Under the pieces are notes generated by a model. It was not told the DNA's origin. It ran no database searches and was given only the letters and a program-made list of their open reading frames with translations. A DNA stretch of 64,000 nucleotides from Syntrophobacterales bacterium (GTDB taxonomy: Bacteria; Desulfobacterota; Desulfobaccia; Desulfobaccales; 0-14-0-80-60-11), in assembly GCA_037388025.1 (NCBI GenBank), contig JARRKO010000001.1, positions 32,473 through 96,472 of the forward strand, in the 5' to 3' direction. The position numbers were made by a program, and so were the translations under genes. Within the stretch, counting starts at the first letter, position 1; each line of letters starts with the position of its first letter. This document shows positions 49,577 through 61,339 of the stretch, piece by piece.

Positions 49577-49943
49577 GGCGGAGCAGACCATAAGCCGGGT
49601 TCTGTGCCGGCCTGACGGCCGGTGGTGATCATTCCTCTGGGACCCCGGTTACCCGGGGCCTCACGCGACCTACCCAGGAGCTCGGGCGGGCCACCCTTGG
49701 CGCTCCCCTATTTGGTCTTGCTCCAGGCGGGGTTTTCCTAGCTGCCGGTGTCGCCACCGGCACTGGTGAGCTCTTACCTCACCTTTTCACCCTTACCGTG
49801 GACCGATCCACGGCGGTCTGGTCTCTGTGGCACTTTCCGTGGGGTCGCCCCCCCTGGGTATTACCCAGCGCCTTGCCCTGTGGAGCCCGGACTTTCCTCC
49901 AGCTGCGCCGGACGCAGCCAGCGATCACCTGGTCTGCTCCGCG
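49577..49943 (-). ncRNA. rnpB: RNase P RNA, bacterial type A
   Basis: Minus strand reads GCGGAGCAGACC...GGAGGAAAGTCCGGGCTCCACAGGGCA...GGTAAGGGTGAAAAGGTGAGGTAAGAGCTCACCAG...ACAGAACCCGGCTTATGGTCTGCTCCGCC. The P1 stem closes over 12 bp. Confidence 0.92.
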
Positions 49944-49980
49944 TCCTGCCACGAGGGTTCAGGACTAACTAATTACTATG

Positions 49981-50553
49981 TTACCTTTTTCGCCGCTGCC
50001 GGTCAATGGCTTGCCGGGCCAGCAGGTCGGCCTCGTGATTGAAGGACCGATCCAGGTGGGAAATAGCATACATGTCGAACTTTTGCAATTCCTGAAGCGC
50101 CTGGCGCCAGAAAGGCAGAAGGTGGGGTTTTTTCACCCGGTAGGCGCCTTTGATCTGCTGCACTACCAGTTGGGAATCGGCAAAAATGTGGAGGTTTTTC
50201 ACCCCCTGATTCACTGCCAGCTCGAGGCCCAGCAGCAGAGCCTGATATTCGGCCACGTTATTGGTGGTTTCCCCTAGATAGCGGCTTTCCTCGGCTCGCT
50301 TTTCTCCCTTGTAGTCGAACAGGACGGCGCCGGCCCCGGCCGGTCCCGGGTTCCCCCTGGAGGCACCGTCCACATAAAGTTCCCACATCCCCAGCTTATC
50401 GATGTCAAAAACAAAGGCCGCATCCCGGAAAAGTTGCGCCATCTCCTCCCGGTTGAGGCCGAAGCGGCGCCTGACCTCCTCTATATTCAGGTTCTCAGCC
50501 AGGGCCGCCAGGACTCGCGCCCTGTCCACCGGCGGAGGGTCACTCGAGGTCAA
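49981..50553 (-). CDS. rnhA: Ribonuclease HI-family protein with a ~55-aa N-terminal extension
   Basis: 190-aa ORF with DGASRGNPGPAGAG, NNVAEYQALL, ADSQLVV and NHEADLLA (DEDD residues). Confidence 0.85.
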   Translation of the reverse strand: MTSSDPPPVDRARVLAALAENLNIEEVRRRFGLNREEMAQLFRDAAFVFDIDKLGMWELYVDGASRGNPGPAGAGAVLFDYKGEKRAEESRYLGETTNNVAEYQALLLGLELAVNQGVKNLHIFADSQLVVQQIKGAYRVKKPHLLPFWRQALQELQKFDMYAISHLDRSFNHEADLLARQAIDRQRRKR

Positions 50554-51299
50554 GAGACTTGCCGGGAGAGGGAGGCCGTGTCTTCAGCCTTTTCCTCCCC
50601 CACCCAGTAGAGAATCCGCTGACAGTGGGGGCATTGGATGAGATCCTCCCCTTTTTGCAGGTCTATAAATTGTTGGGGAAGGATGTTCATATGGCATCCC
50701 AGGCAGACCCCTTCCTTGACCTCGGAGATGGCGCTGCCGTTGCGGCGCTGGCGGATGAAATCATAGCGCTTCAACAGCGGGGCCGGCAATTCCTTCTTGA
50801 GGATATCCCGCTTTTCCTCCAAGAGGGCCCTCTGCTGTTCCAATTCCTCCATCCGGGCCGCCACTTCGGTGGCTTGCCGCTTATAGTCCTCTTGTAGCTC
50901 CTGGAGAGCCTGTTCCTTCTCGGTAACAGTCTGCTTTTGGGCCTCCACTTGATCCAGAAGTTCCAGGACCCGGGTTTCTTTCTGATCGCGCTGGTCCTCC
51001 CGGAAGCCGATCTCTTTCAGCATGGCCTTGAGTTCCAGTTCCTTGTTGATGTCCATGAGGCGCTGGCGGCTTGCCTTGATGCCTTCTTCCAGGTCGGTCA
51101 CTTCGGCCTCCATCTCCCGCAACTGCCCTTGCAGTATCTCCAGTTCCTGGGAACAGGCGGATTTTTCCGCCTCCAAGGCCGCCATTTCTTGATCTTTCCT
51201 TTTGAGCTCCTGGGGGAGTCTTTCCAAATTCACTGACAAGTCCAGGATTTCCTTATCCAACTCCTGCAGGCCAATGAGCTGCTCCAATTCCGGTAACAA
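50550..51299 (-). CDS. COG1579-type coiled-coil protein with C-terminal C4 zinc ribbon
   Basis: 249-aa ORF with a long coiled coil, then CLGCHMNI...CPHCQRILY. Confidence 0.8.
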   Translation of the reverse strand: MLPELEQLIGLQELDKEILDLSVNLERLPQELKRKDQEMAALEAEKSACSQELEILQGQLREMEAEVTDLEEGIKASRQRLMDINKELELKAMLKEIGFREDQRDQKETRVLELLDQVEAQKQTVTEKEQALQELQEDYKRQATEVAARMEELEQQRALLEEKRDILKKELPAPLLKRYDFIRQRRNGSAISEVKEGVCLGCHMNILPQQFIDLQKGEDLIQCPHCQRILYWVGEEKAEDTASLSRQVS

Positions 51300-51411
51300 A
51301 ACTTCCCTCCGTCTTTACTACGCTTTTTGCTGATTTCTTTGAGAATTGTTGATATTTGATCCATTCTGCCGCCAAGCGCTCCAAGGCACCGGCGGAGGCA
51401 TAAGGGTTTCC

Positions 51412-52530
51412 CTAAATAACTTGAAAAGGCGGCGTTTCTCCAACCACCGTCCGCACCTGTACTTCCAGGCCGTCCTCTTGAAGAAGTCCGGCCACTTGCT
51501 CGGCCCAGGCCGGCATGAAGACTACCTCGCTGGCGAAGTGGCCCACTTCGATAATGGCAAATTCCTCCGACGGACGCGGCACGGCCTGGTGATGGCGCAC
51601 CTCGCCGGTGACGTACACCGCGGCCCCTTTTTGTTGAGCCGGGCCGATGAGGTCGCCACCGCTACCCCCGCACACCGCCACCCGGGACACTGCGGCCGGT
51701 GGCCGGCCCCAGACCCGCACCCCGGAGACGGCAAAGACTGTCTTGACTCGCCTCACCACCTCCTCCCAGGATAGAGCCTGAGGCCATCTTCCCACTCGGC
51801 CGAATCCCAGGATGGGGCCGGAGTCGACCAGGGGGTAGAGGTCGTAGGCCACCTCTTCATAGGGGTGAGCGGTCTTAAGGCGGGCCAGAGCAGGCCTGAC
51901 ACAGCTTTCCGGCACCGCCACTTCCAGGCGGGATTCCTCGGCTCGGGACAGGGCAGCCACCTCCCCGCGGAAGGGCCTGGCCCCTTCGAGGGGTAGGTAG
52001 GTTCCCTGTCCCCGGGCGGCAAAGGAGCAGTGCGAGTAACGACCGATGACCCCCACCCGGTCGTCGACCAAGGCCGCCCGCACCTGGTCCTCATAACCCA
52101 CCGGTACGAAGACCGTGAGTTTGAGCCAAGCGTCCCGGCGCACCGGAGACAGGACCTCCAGGTCCATGAGTCCCAGTTCTTGGGCCAAATGCTCATTCAA
52201 CCCCCGGGGGGCCAAATCCAGGTTGGTATGACAAGCGGCCACCGCGATCCCGGCCCGTACCAGCGATGCCAGCAATTTGCCCGCCGGACGGTCTTCCCGG
52301 ATGTCTGCGGCCGGCTGGTAGAGAAGGGGGTGGTGAGTAAGGAGAAGTTGGGCCTCCTGGTTATGAGCTTCGGTCACCACCTCCAGACTGGCCTCCAGGG
52401 CCACCAGGACCGTGGTTACCGGCGTCCCCGGGTCCCCTACTTGCAGACCCACTCGGTCTTCAGGGACGGCCCAGGAAAATGGGTAGGCCGCGTCCAAACA
52501 ACTCAGGATGTCCTTTACTGTAGCCGTCAT
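51412..52530 (-). CDS. Nif3-family dinuclear-metal protein (YbgI/YqfO type with inserted PII-like domain)
   Basis: Start re-picked at MTATVKDIL. The longer track ORF runs into the tRNA. Contains LLTHHPLLY. Confidence 0.87.
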   Translation of the reverse strand: MTATVKDILSCLDAAYPFSWAVPEDRVGLQVGDPGTPVTTVLVALEASLEVVTEAHNQEAQLLLTHHPLLYQPAADIREDRPAGKLLASLVRAGIAVAACHTNLDLAPRGLNEHLAQELGLMDLEVLSPVRRDAWLKLTVFVPVGYEDQVRAALVDDRVGVIGRYSHCSFAARGQGTYLPLEGARPFRGEVAALSRAEESRLEVAVPESCVRPALARLKTAHPYEEVAYDLYPLVDSGPILGFGRVGRWPQALSWEEVVRRVKTVFAVSGVRVWGRPPAAVSRVAVCGGSGGDLIGPAQQKGAAVYVTGEVRHHQAVPRPSEEFAIIEVGHFASEVVFMPAWAEQVAGLLQEDGLEVQVRTVVGETPPFQVI

Positions 52531-52633
52531 CAGACGTAAAACGGGGGTGCGCACAAAGCACCCCCGGGGTTGCATTCCAAAAAAGTCGGGTTTTTGGGTG
52601 GTTCTCGAAAGATAATCTCTTTCTCCTGCGCCG

Positions 52634-52708
52634 GGTGGGCCCACCTGGATTCGAACCAGGGACCGTCCGGTTATGAGCCGGTTGCTCTCACCACTGAGCT
52701 ATGGGCCC
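52634..52708 (-). tRNA. tRNA with CAT anticodon (elongator Met, or Ile2 if lysidinylated)
   Basis: Minus strand reads GGGCCCATAGCTCAGTGGTGAGAGCA-ACCGG-CTCATAA-CCGGA-CGGTC-CCTGGTTCGAATCCAGG-TGGGCCCACC. It lacks the initiator features (no 1:72 mismatch, no GGG/CCC anticodon stem). Confidence 0.85.
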
Positions 52709-52767
52709 TGTAATCTTATAAAATAAATCTTATCCCTCTCAGAAACAAGAGGGAAAACTAAGTTTGT

Positions 52768-54470
<1,703 letters not shown>

Positions 54471-54474
<4 letters not shown>

Positions 54475-56240
54475 CCATTTTCTCCTCTCGTGGTAGGGGG
54501 CGTTTTCAACGCCTCAAGTTGCCAATCAATTTCCTGTTTTTGGGCTAAAAGAGTTTGACTCTCGGGGTCCCGGGCCAGCTTTTCCTTCAAACCTCGCTGG
54601 AGCTGTTGCAAGTGCCGCCGCCGAAAAGCCCGCCGCCAATCATCCGCTACTAAATCAGGGGGGACTTGGGCAAATTCCCCCTCTCCCAGGACCAGGGCGC
54701 AAATCTCTTGTTTCCGGTTTTCCTCCTCCAAGTGGTCCAAAAGGTAACTAACATCCAAGGTCTGATGTTGGGCACAGTACGTAGCGATGAGGCGCAGTAG
54801 TTCCTGCAGGTCGGGGTCTTCCATCTCCTCGGCCCACTCCGCCAGCTCTTCCGCGGGCACTGCCCCCGGGTGGTTCAGGACCCAGCGCAGCAGTCCTTTC
54901 TCCAAATTGATGGCGACTCCCCGTCCCCCGTCCCGTCCCTTTTGGAAGGCCGGAGCCGTCTGGGTGAGGCTCAGGCGCAGGTCCGTTTCCGCCACGCTGA
55001 GGCGTTCGGCGGCGTACTTGAGCCACAAGCCCTGTTCCACCGGGTCCTGCAGGGCCTGAAAATAAGGCCGCAGTTCCTCTGTCACCTTGACCCGGCCTTC
55101 GATGGACAGGCCATGGGCTGCCACCAGGCTGTCCAATAGAAAAGCCAACCAGGGTTGGGCCGCGTCCCAGGGGGAGGCAAAGAGGTCCGGTCCGTGTGCC
55201 TGGACATAGTTGTCCGGGTCCATACCCGCGGGCAGGGGAATGACCCTCACCGGCAAGCCTTCCTGGCCGAACAGGGGGAAGGCCCGACACATGGCCCGGG
55301 ATCCCGCCGGGTCCCCATCGAAGACCAGCACCACTCGGGACACCAGACTTTTCAGCAGCCGCACCTGTTCCCGGGTGAGGGCCGTGCCTAGGGTAGCCAC
55401 CACGGGCATAACACCGTGCACCCGCAAAGCCAGCAGATCGAGGTAGCCCTCCACCACCAGGGCCAGGTCCTGCTTTCTGATGGCTTCCCGGCCCTGAGGC
55501 AAGCCATAGAGTAAGCGGCCCTTGGAATAGAGCGGACTTTCGGGGGAATTGAGATATTTGGGTTCCCCCTCGCCGACGATGCGGCCCCCGAAGGCTACCA
55601 CCCGTTCCTGCCGATCGAAGATGGGAAAAATGACCCGGTCCCGGAAACGGTCGTAGTAACCGCCCGAGGCCCGGGGCAGCAGCAGTCCCACTTCCGCGGC
55701 CGCATCCGGGGATAGGCCCCGGCTTTGGAGGTGCCGCCGCAGGCCGTTCCATTCCGGGGGCGCGTAGCCCAGGCCATAGGTCTGGATGACTTCGGGGGTG
55801 AGACCCCGGTTGGCCAGATAGTTCCGGGCCGGCTGGCCGGCTTTGCCCTCCAGGGTGGCCTGATAAAACGCGAGGGCCTCCCTATGCAGGTCATAAAAAA
55901 CCTGGCGTTTCTTGGCCCGGCGGGACTCTTCGGGGCCCAAATCCCTTAAGGCCAGGGTGATGCCATACCGCCGGGCCAGCTCCAGGGCCGCCTCGGGAAA
56001 GGACAGGCGGTGGTGTTGCATGACAAAAGAGATGACGTTGCCCCCGGCGCCACAGCCGAAGCAGTAGAAAATGCCCTTGTCCGGGGACACGGTGAACGAG
56101 GGCTTGGTGTCGGCGTGGAAGGGGCAGAGGCCCAGGAGGTTCTTGCCCCGGCGCTCCAGCTTGACGTATTGCCCCACCACCTCTTCGATGGAGGCGGCCT
56201 CTCTGATCTCCAGAAGCTTGTCTTCCGGGATGTAGGCCAT
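54471..56240 (-). CDS. dnaG: DNA primase
   Basis: 589-aa ORF. Zn-finger [30 protein letters not shown] and a Toprim domain. It overlaps rpoD by 4 nt. Confidence 0.96.
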
Positions 56241-56256
56241 ATCACTAAGTAGTGGT

Positions 56257-56305
56257 CAGCAGTTAGCAGTCAGCAGTTAGTTTTGAGTTTTTAGTTTCGA
56301 GTTAT
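56257..56305. repeat. Hybrid heptamer array (TCAGCAG TTAGCAG TCAGCAG | TTAGTTT TGAGTTT TTAGTTT CGAGTTA)
   Basis: The two unit types seen separately at the tRNA-Ser locus are joined here in one continuous 7-nt phase. Confidence 0.9.
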
Positions 56306-56306
56306 T

Positions 56307-56324
56307 GTAGTGGGCACCGCCCAC
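56307..56324. repeat. GTAG-headed REP-like palindrome, copy 2
   Basis: GTAG-TGGGC-ACC-GCCCA(C) lies 9 nt past the mutS2 stop. It has the same core as 22249-22269. Confidence 0.8.
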
Positions 56325-56332
56325 CATTCTTA

Positions 56333-58678
56333 CTAATCCTTCAAATCCACCAGGGTCACCCCGGGATTTATATCTCCGTGAATTGCTTTGACCATGGGTT
56401 GATTCCGCAAATACTCCCGCACGGCCCGTTTGAGGCGGCCGGTGCCGGTTCCGTGAATTATATCCACCCGTTCGGCCCCCTGCAAGATGGCTTGGTCCAA
56501 CAACCGGTCCACCAGGGGCAGGGCCTCTTCCACCCTGAGCCCCACCAGGTTCACCGAGGGCAGTTGGTCAGGGGGCCGGTGGTAGCTGACCCCGCCAGGG
56601 TGAGCCTCAGGCGCGCCGCCACCGGACAGGGGTGTGACTTCCTCAACCCGGGCCCGGAGCTTCACTTGGCGCGCCTGCACCGTCAGGCGGCCATTTTTGT
56701 CCACCGCCAGCACCTCCCCGGGCAGCCCCAGGGCCGGCAGAAAGATACGTTGGCCCGGGGTGTATTCGGGATGGTCGGTCTCTGGCACCGGGGCCGGCGG
56801 AGTGAGGTCGTCCAGGATTTCGGCCTCCCGGGTCGAGAGTTCCTGGCGCAGGCGGCCCCAGGATTCCTCCTGGCGCTCCAATTTCTCCAGGATTTCTTTG
56901 AATTCCTCATCAGCCTGGCGGATGCGGTCCCGCACCTGCCGCACTTCTTCGGTCAGAAAGCGCTCCCGTTCCACGGCCAACCGTTGCTGTTCCCTGTCCA
57001 GTTCCCGTTCCCGCTGGGCCAGCTCCTTCCGAACCGCATTGAGCTCCTCCTCCTGCCGGTTGAGGCGCTCCCGGGCGGACTCCACTTCCGACAGCAGGCG
57101 CCAGTTCCGCAGTTCTTCGGAGTCGAGATACTCCTCGGCTTCGGCCAGGATTTCCGGGGCCAAGCCCAACTCTCGGGCAATGGTTAGAGCGTTGCTCGTG
57201 CCTACCATCCCATAAGACAACCGGTAGGTGGGTCGACGGGTTTTCTCGTCAAAGACCACGGCCACGTTTTCGAAGCCGGTCTCACGTTGGGCAAAATTTT
57301 TCAGCAGGGGCAGATGGGTGGTCACCGCGCCCCAGGCCCCCCGGCGATAAAAAGCCTGGAGCAGGGCCAAGGCCAGGGCGCCGCCCTCGGTGGGGTCGGT
57401 GGCGGTCCCCAATTCGTCCAGCAGAATCAGGGCCCGGCCGGTCAGCTCCGCCAAGATGCCCAGGGCCCGCTGCAGATGCGCGGAAAAAGTGCTCAGGTTC
57501 TGATGCAAATCCTGAGGGTCGCCGATGTCGGCAAAGACCTGATGAAAGGGGCTGAACTCGCTGCCCTCGGCCACCGGCACGGGAAGGCCGCTCTGCACCA
57601 TGAGGGTCAGAAGCCCCAGGGTTTTCAAGGCGACGGTCTTGCCCCCGGCGTTGGCCCCGGAAATGACCAGGAAGCACTTCTCGGGAGTCAGGCGCAGGTC
57701 GATGGGTATGGTCTTGGGGGCCTGAGGATGTTCTTTTTCCCGGGCCAAAAGCAAGGGGTGCCGGGCCTGGCGGAACTCCAGGGCGCCGCGGTGGTTCAAG
57801 ATGGGCTCCCGAGCTTTGAAATCTCGGGCGAAACGCACCTTGGCGGCAATGGCGTCCAATTCCGCCAGGGCCTGGAGATTGTCGGCGAGCTCGGCCAGAG
57901 CGTGACGCACCTGATCGGTGAGACGCCGCAGGATGTTTTCTTCTTCCCGTTTTTCCTGATTAACTAACAGGTTCAGGGCGTTGTTCTGCTCCACGATGGC
58001 CAGGGGCTCCAGGAACAGGGTGGCCCGGGTTTGGGAGGCATCGTGAATAATACCGGGAATCACCCCCTTGTGGTCGGCCTTGATGGGGATGACATAGCGT
58101 CCATGACGCTGTGAGATGGTGGGGTTCTGGATGACGTGCTGGTATTGGCCGGAGAAAAACGATTGCTTGATTCGGCGGTTCAGGGCTTCCCGGGTGTCGG
58201 CCAGTTCCCGGCGCACCCGGGCCAGTTCCGGCGAGGCCCCGTCCAGGATGAAATTGTGGGGACTGATGCTCTGGAGAATGGCTGCCTGGAGGTCACCCAG
58301 GTCTCGCAGCCCTCCGGCCGGACGGGCTAAGGCCGGGAGATGAGGTCCGCCCTGGGCCAGGTAAAGTCGGATCTGGCGGGTTAACCGTAGCACCTGGAGA
58401 ATATCATTAAAGGCCGGGGGAGGGAGCAGGCTGCCGGGAACTTTGGCCTTGGCGAGCCAGGAGGCAAGGTCCGGAAAATCAACGAGGGGGATATCCCCCT
58501 CACGGCTCTCAAACTCCTGGAGTTCTCGAATTTCTGCGAATTTTACTTGAATATCGGCGAGATTCTCCAGGGGACGAAGCTCGGCCACAAAGGCCTGACC
58601 CAGACGGGAGACGGCGTACGGTTGGACAAGGCGCAGAAGTCCCGGGAATTCCAAGGCATTCAGGGTTTCTTCAGGCAT
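56333..58678 (-). CDS. mutS2: Endonuclease MutS2 (Smr domain)
   Basis: Start re-picked at MPEETLNALEF. Walker A GANAGGKT and a C-terminal Smr domain (VDIIHGTGTGRLKRAV). Confidence 0.93.
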   Translation of the reverse strand: MPEETLNALEFPGLLRLVQPYAVSRLGQAFVAELRPLENLADIQVKFAEIRELQEFESREGDIPLVDFPDLASWLAKAKVPGSLLPPPAFNDILQVLRLTRQIRLYLAQGGPHLPALARPAGGLRDLGDLQAAILQSISPHNFILDGASPELARVRRELADTREALNRRIKQSFFSGQYQHVIQNPTISQRHGRYVIPIKADHKGVIPGIIHDASQTRATLFLEPLAIVEQNNALNLLVNQEKREEENILRRLTDQVRHALAELADNLQALAELDAIAAKVRFARDFKAREPILNHRGALEFRQARHPLLLAREKEHPQAPKTIPIDLRLTPEKCFLVISGANAGGKTVALKTLGLLTLMVQSGLPVPVAEGSEFSPFHQVFADIGDPQDLHQNLSTFSAHLQRALGILAELTGRALILLDELGTATDPTEGGALALALLQAFYRRGAWGAVTTHLPLLKNFAQRETGFENVAVVFDEKTRRPTYRLSYGMVGTSNALTIARELGLAPEILAEAEEYLDSEELRNWRLLSEVESARERLNRQEEELNAVRKELAQRERELDREQQRLAVERERFLTEEVRQVRDRIRQADEEFKEILEKLERQEESWGRLRQELSTREAEILDDLTPPAPVPETDHPEYTPGQRIFLPALGLPGEVLAVDKNGRLTVQARQVKLRARVEEVTPLSGGGAPEAHPGGVSYHRPPDQLPSVNLVGLRVEEALPLVDRLLDQAILQGAERVDIIHGTGTGRLKRAVREYLRNQPMVKAIHGDINPGVTLVDLKD

Positions 58679-58712
58679 GCCGCAATGGCCCTCCGGGCGC
58701 CGGGGGGCGGGG

Positions 58713-59162
58713 TTAGGAGCCCAAACGCCGACGCACGATTTCTTGGACGACCTTGCCGTCAGCCCGACCGGCAAGCTCAGCCATGGCGGTTTTCATCACT
58801 TTTCCCAGGTCCTTGGGGGTGCTGGCCCCCACCTGAGTTATGATGCGTACGACCTCCGCCTCCAGTTCCTCGGGGTTCAGTTGTGCCGGTAAAAAAGAGA
58901 GGAGGATGCTAAGCTCCTCCTCTTCTTTGCTGGCCAGGTCCTGCCTGCCGGCTTTCTTGTACTCGGCTACCGCGTCCCGTCGCTGTTTAGCTTGGGTGTT
59001 GATGACCGCCAAGATTTCCGCTTCCTCGAGGGGGTGTTTCACTTCCACCTCTTTATTGCGGATGGCTGTCTTTAACATGCGTAACGTGGACAGGGCCGTC
59101 TGTTGTTGACCTTTGAGAGCATCCTTAAAGGCCTGATCCAACCGCTCTTTTAGGGAGATCAT
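58713..59162 (-). CDS. GatB/YqeY-domain protein
   Basis: 149-aa ORF with [14 protein letters not shown]... and [13 protein letters not shown]. It overlaps rpsU by 4 nt. Confidence 0.85.
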   Translation of the reverse strand: MISLKERLDQAFKDALKGQQQTALSTLRMLKTAIRNKEVEVKHPLEEAEILAVINTQAKQRRDAVAEYKKAGRQDLASKEEEELSILLSFLPAQLNPEELEAEVVRIITQVGASTPKDLGKVMKTAMAELAGRADGKVVQEIVRRRLGS

Positions 59163-59359
59163 GAGCCCTCAAGCTTGCGCATTTTTTTCAAAGCCCGTTT
59201 TTTGGCCGCTAAAACCTTTTTCTTGCGCTTAATGCTGGGTTTTTCGTAGTGTTCCCGCCGGCGAATCTCGGAAAGAATTCCTGCTTTTTCACACTGTTTT
59301 TTAAAGCGCTTAAGGGCGACCTCGAACGGCTCGTTGGCTTTCACCCTTACGCCGGGCAT
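59159..59359 (-). CDS. rpsU: 30S ribosomal protein S21
   Basis: 66-aa ORF with [26 protein letters not shown]. Confidence 0.93.
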   Translation of the reverse strand: MPGVRVKANEPFEVALKRFKKQCEKAGILSEIRRREHYEKPSIKRKKKVLAAKKRALKKMRKLEGS

Positions 59360-59464
59360 CCATTGTCCCCCCTCCCCTTAGTCAAATAAAACCCGAACCT
59401 CCGCTCTCCCGGCTCTTCGGAGACACGGCCGGTCAATTCCAGGTGATAAATCTCGAATTAAATA

Positions 59465-59492
59465 TGTTTATCATGTGCGATAAAACTGTCAA
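59465..59492 (-). promoter_or_regulatory. Candidate sigma70-type promoter of the rpsU operon
   Basis: Minus strand reads TTGACA-N16-TAAACA about 105 nt upstream of the rpsU ATG. The -35 is perfect and the -10 is weak. Confidence 0.3.
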
Positions 59493-59517
59493 GGCTTTTT
59501 TATTTTTTATGTTATTG

Positions 59518-60285
59518 TCACCCCAGGAGAGTCAGCAGCTTGGGGAGAATTTCCCCTGCAGCGCCGCTCAAGGCGATATCACAATGGCTCGTCAGGGGCG
59601 TGGCATCCGGGTTGATCTCGGCGATTTTGGCGCCGGCCTGCCGGGCCCAAAGCGCCATGGAGGCGGCCGGTTGCACCACCGCGGAAGTACCCACCACCAG
59701 CACCATCTGGGATTGGACCAGGGCGGCCTCGGCTCGGCGCAGGATGTCGGGGTTCAGGGACTCCCCAAACCACACCACATTGGGGCGCAAGAGCCCACCG
59801 CAACGGTCACAGCGCGGCGGGATGGGAAGGGGGACCCGACGGTCTTCTTGGACGTGGCCGCAGTCAAGACAGCGCACTTCCCAAATGTTGCCATGAATTT
59901 CGAGCAACCGTTGGGAGCCTGCCAGACGGTGGAGGCCGTCCACATTCTGGGTGAGGAGGATGAACTCCGGCATGCGGGCCTCAAAGCGCACCAGAGCTTC
60001 ATGACCCGGATTGGGTCGGGCCTGGGCGATTTTTCCCCGGCGCCAGTCATACCACTCCCATACCAGCTCGGGGTCCTGTTGAAAAGCCTGGGGGGTGGCC
60101 AGCTCCTCGGGCCGGAAGGTGCGCCACAAGCCTTGCGGTCCCCGGAAGGTGGGAATGCCGCTTTCCACGGAAATGCCGGCCCCGGTCAAGACCACCAGCC
60201 GCTCCGTCTCAGCCAGGAGCTGGGCCAACTCCGTCGGTTGGTCGGCGCCGGTGACGCCTGGGTTTTTCTCCATGCACAGGGCCAC
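59518..60285 (-). CDS. cobB: NAD-dependent protein deacylase (Sir2 family)
   Basis: 255-aa ORF with GAGISVESGIPTFRG and Zn cysteines CLDCG...CDRCGG. Confidence 0.88.
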   Translation of the reverse strand: MALCMEKNPGVTGADQPTELAQLLAETERLVVLTGAGISVESGIPTFRGPQGLWRTFRPEELATPQAFQQDPELVWEWYDWRRGKIAQARPNPGHEALVRFEARMPEFILLTQNVDGLHRLAGSQRLLEIHGNIWEVRCLDCGHVQEDRRVPLPIPPRCDRCGGLLRPNVVWFGESLNPDILRRAEAALVQSQMVLVVGTSAVVQPAASMALWARQAGAKIAEINPDATPLTSHCDIALSGAAGEILPKLLTLLG

Positions 60286-60517
60286 TCAGTTGGGATAAAT
60301 TGAGATGCTTTAGCTGGTTCAGGAATAAAACGAGGTTAGGACAAGTTGTACAAAGTTTAGTCGCGTTTGCCCAGAATTTTCTTCAGATTGCATCGATGGC
60401 TAGCGTAAGAATTATTTTTCTAGTGCAACTAACTCGCATATAATGTACCAGCATAATCAACCCTTGGCATTCCGGTAAGAATAGAGCGGCCACAAACACC
60501 CTTAGGAGTCTGTTTTG

Positions 60518-61327
60518 GTGAAAAATTTTCTCCTTCTTCTCCTTTTGTTGTCGTTGGTTTGGTGGTGCGGCTCTTGCGCTCGTCCCCGGATAGTTGTCCC
60601 TGAGGCGGTGCCACCGGAGGTAGCTGCCCCTGAAGAGGCACCTGAATGTGATGTCTCCAAACTCCGAGCTGAGCTGCTCCATTGCGAGGATGAACTTAAA
60701 AATGCCACCGGAGAAAGAACCAACTGCCTGGTCCATGTGGCCCGTCTCGCCTATCTCTTGGGGGAACTGAGTCCCAAAGACGAAAAACTACAGTATTTTG
60801 AAAAAGGGAAAGGCTATGGGGAGACCCTGGCCCGGGAGCAACCGGCCTGGGCTGATGGTCACTATTGGCTAGGCATGAATTTATGCGGCTTGGCGGAAAT
60901 AGGCGGTGCCCGGCGGGGGCTCAAACTGTTGCCGGACATCATCGAGGAGATGGAGCGTACTCTGGGGGTGAATCCGGCTTATGAGCAGGCCGGGGCCCAT
61001 CGGGTATTAGGTCGCATTTACTATGAATGTCCTGGCTGGCCTATATCTGTGGGAAACATTCACGAGTCCCTGGAGCACCTGTCTAAGGCAGTGGCCCTGG
61101 CCCCCGACAACAGCACCAATCACCTCTTTCTGGCGGAAACCTTATTAAAGCTGGGGAAAAAAGCAGAGGCACACAGGGAGTTGGAGCAGGTACTTAAGGC
61201 TACCCGCCATGCTCATTGCCCTCAACAGTTGGAGGAGGATCGCCAAAAGGCCCGGCGGCTGCTGGGCGAAAATTGGGGCGAACTCAGTTCGCCCACCACT
61301 TCCCATCAAGGGGCGAGTGTCCGGTAA
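60518..61327 (+). CDS. TPR-like helical-repeat protein with an N-terminal hydrophobic signal segment (probable lipoprotein)
   Basis: GTG start 9 nt after AGGAG. LLLLLLLSLVWWCGSC is a hydrophobic signal-like segment with cysteines. TPR-like helices follow. Confidence 0.6.
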   Translation: MKNFLLLLLLLSLVWWCGSCARPRIVVPEAVPPEVAAPEEAPECDVSKLRAELLHCEDELKNATGERTNCLVHVARLAYLLGELSPKDEKLQYFEKGKGYGETLAREQPAWADGHYWLGMNLCGLAEIGGARRGLKLLPDIIEEMERTLGVNPAYEQAGAHRVLGRIYYECPGWPISVGNIHESLEHLSKAVALAPDNSTNHLFLAETLLKLGKKAEAHRELEQVLKATRHAHCPQQLEEDRQKARRLLGENWGELSSPTTSHQGASVR

Positions 61328-61339
61328 GGTTTGTGCACC

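Noticed and set aside
49748-50277. Track ORFs 49748-49972, 49827-50042 and 49978-50277 (+).
   Set aside because: They overlap the RNase P RNA gene or lie antisense to the RNase H gene. Their compositions are Pro/Arg/Gly-rich with no motifs.
52531-52644. N-terminal extensions of track ORFs: Nif3 to 52644, leuS to 37796, mutS2 to 58774, recR to 19956, ispD to 44848, atpF to 17737, tadA to 22769, metzincin to 29125.
   Set aside because: The extensions run through a tRNA gene, REP-like hairpins or the upstream gene. Internal ATG/GTG codons coincide with the conserved protein N-termini and with stop/start overlaps.
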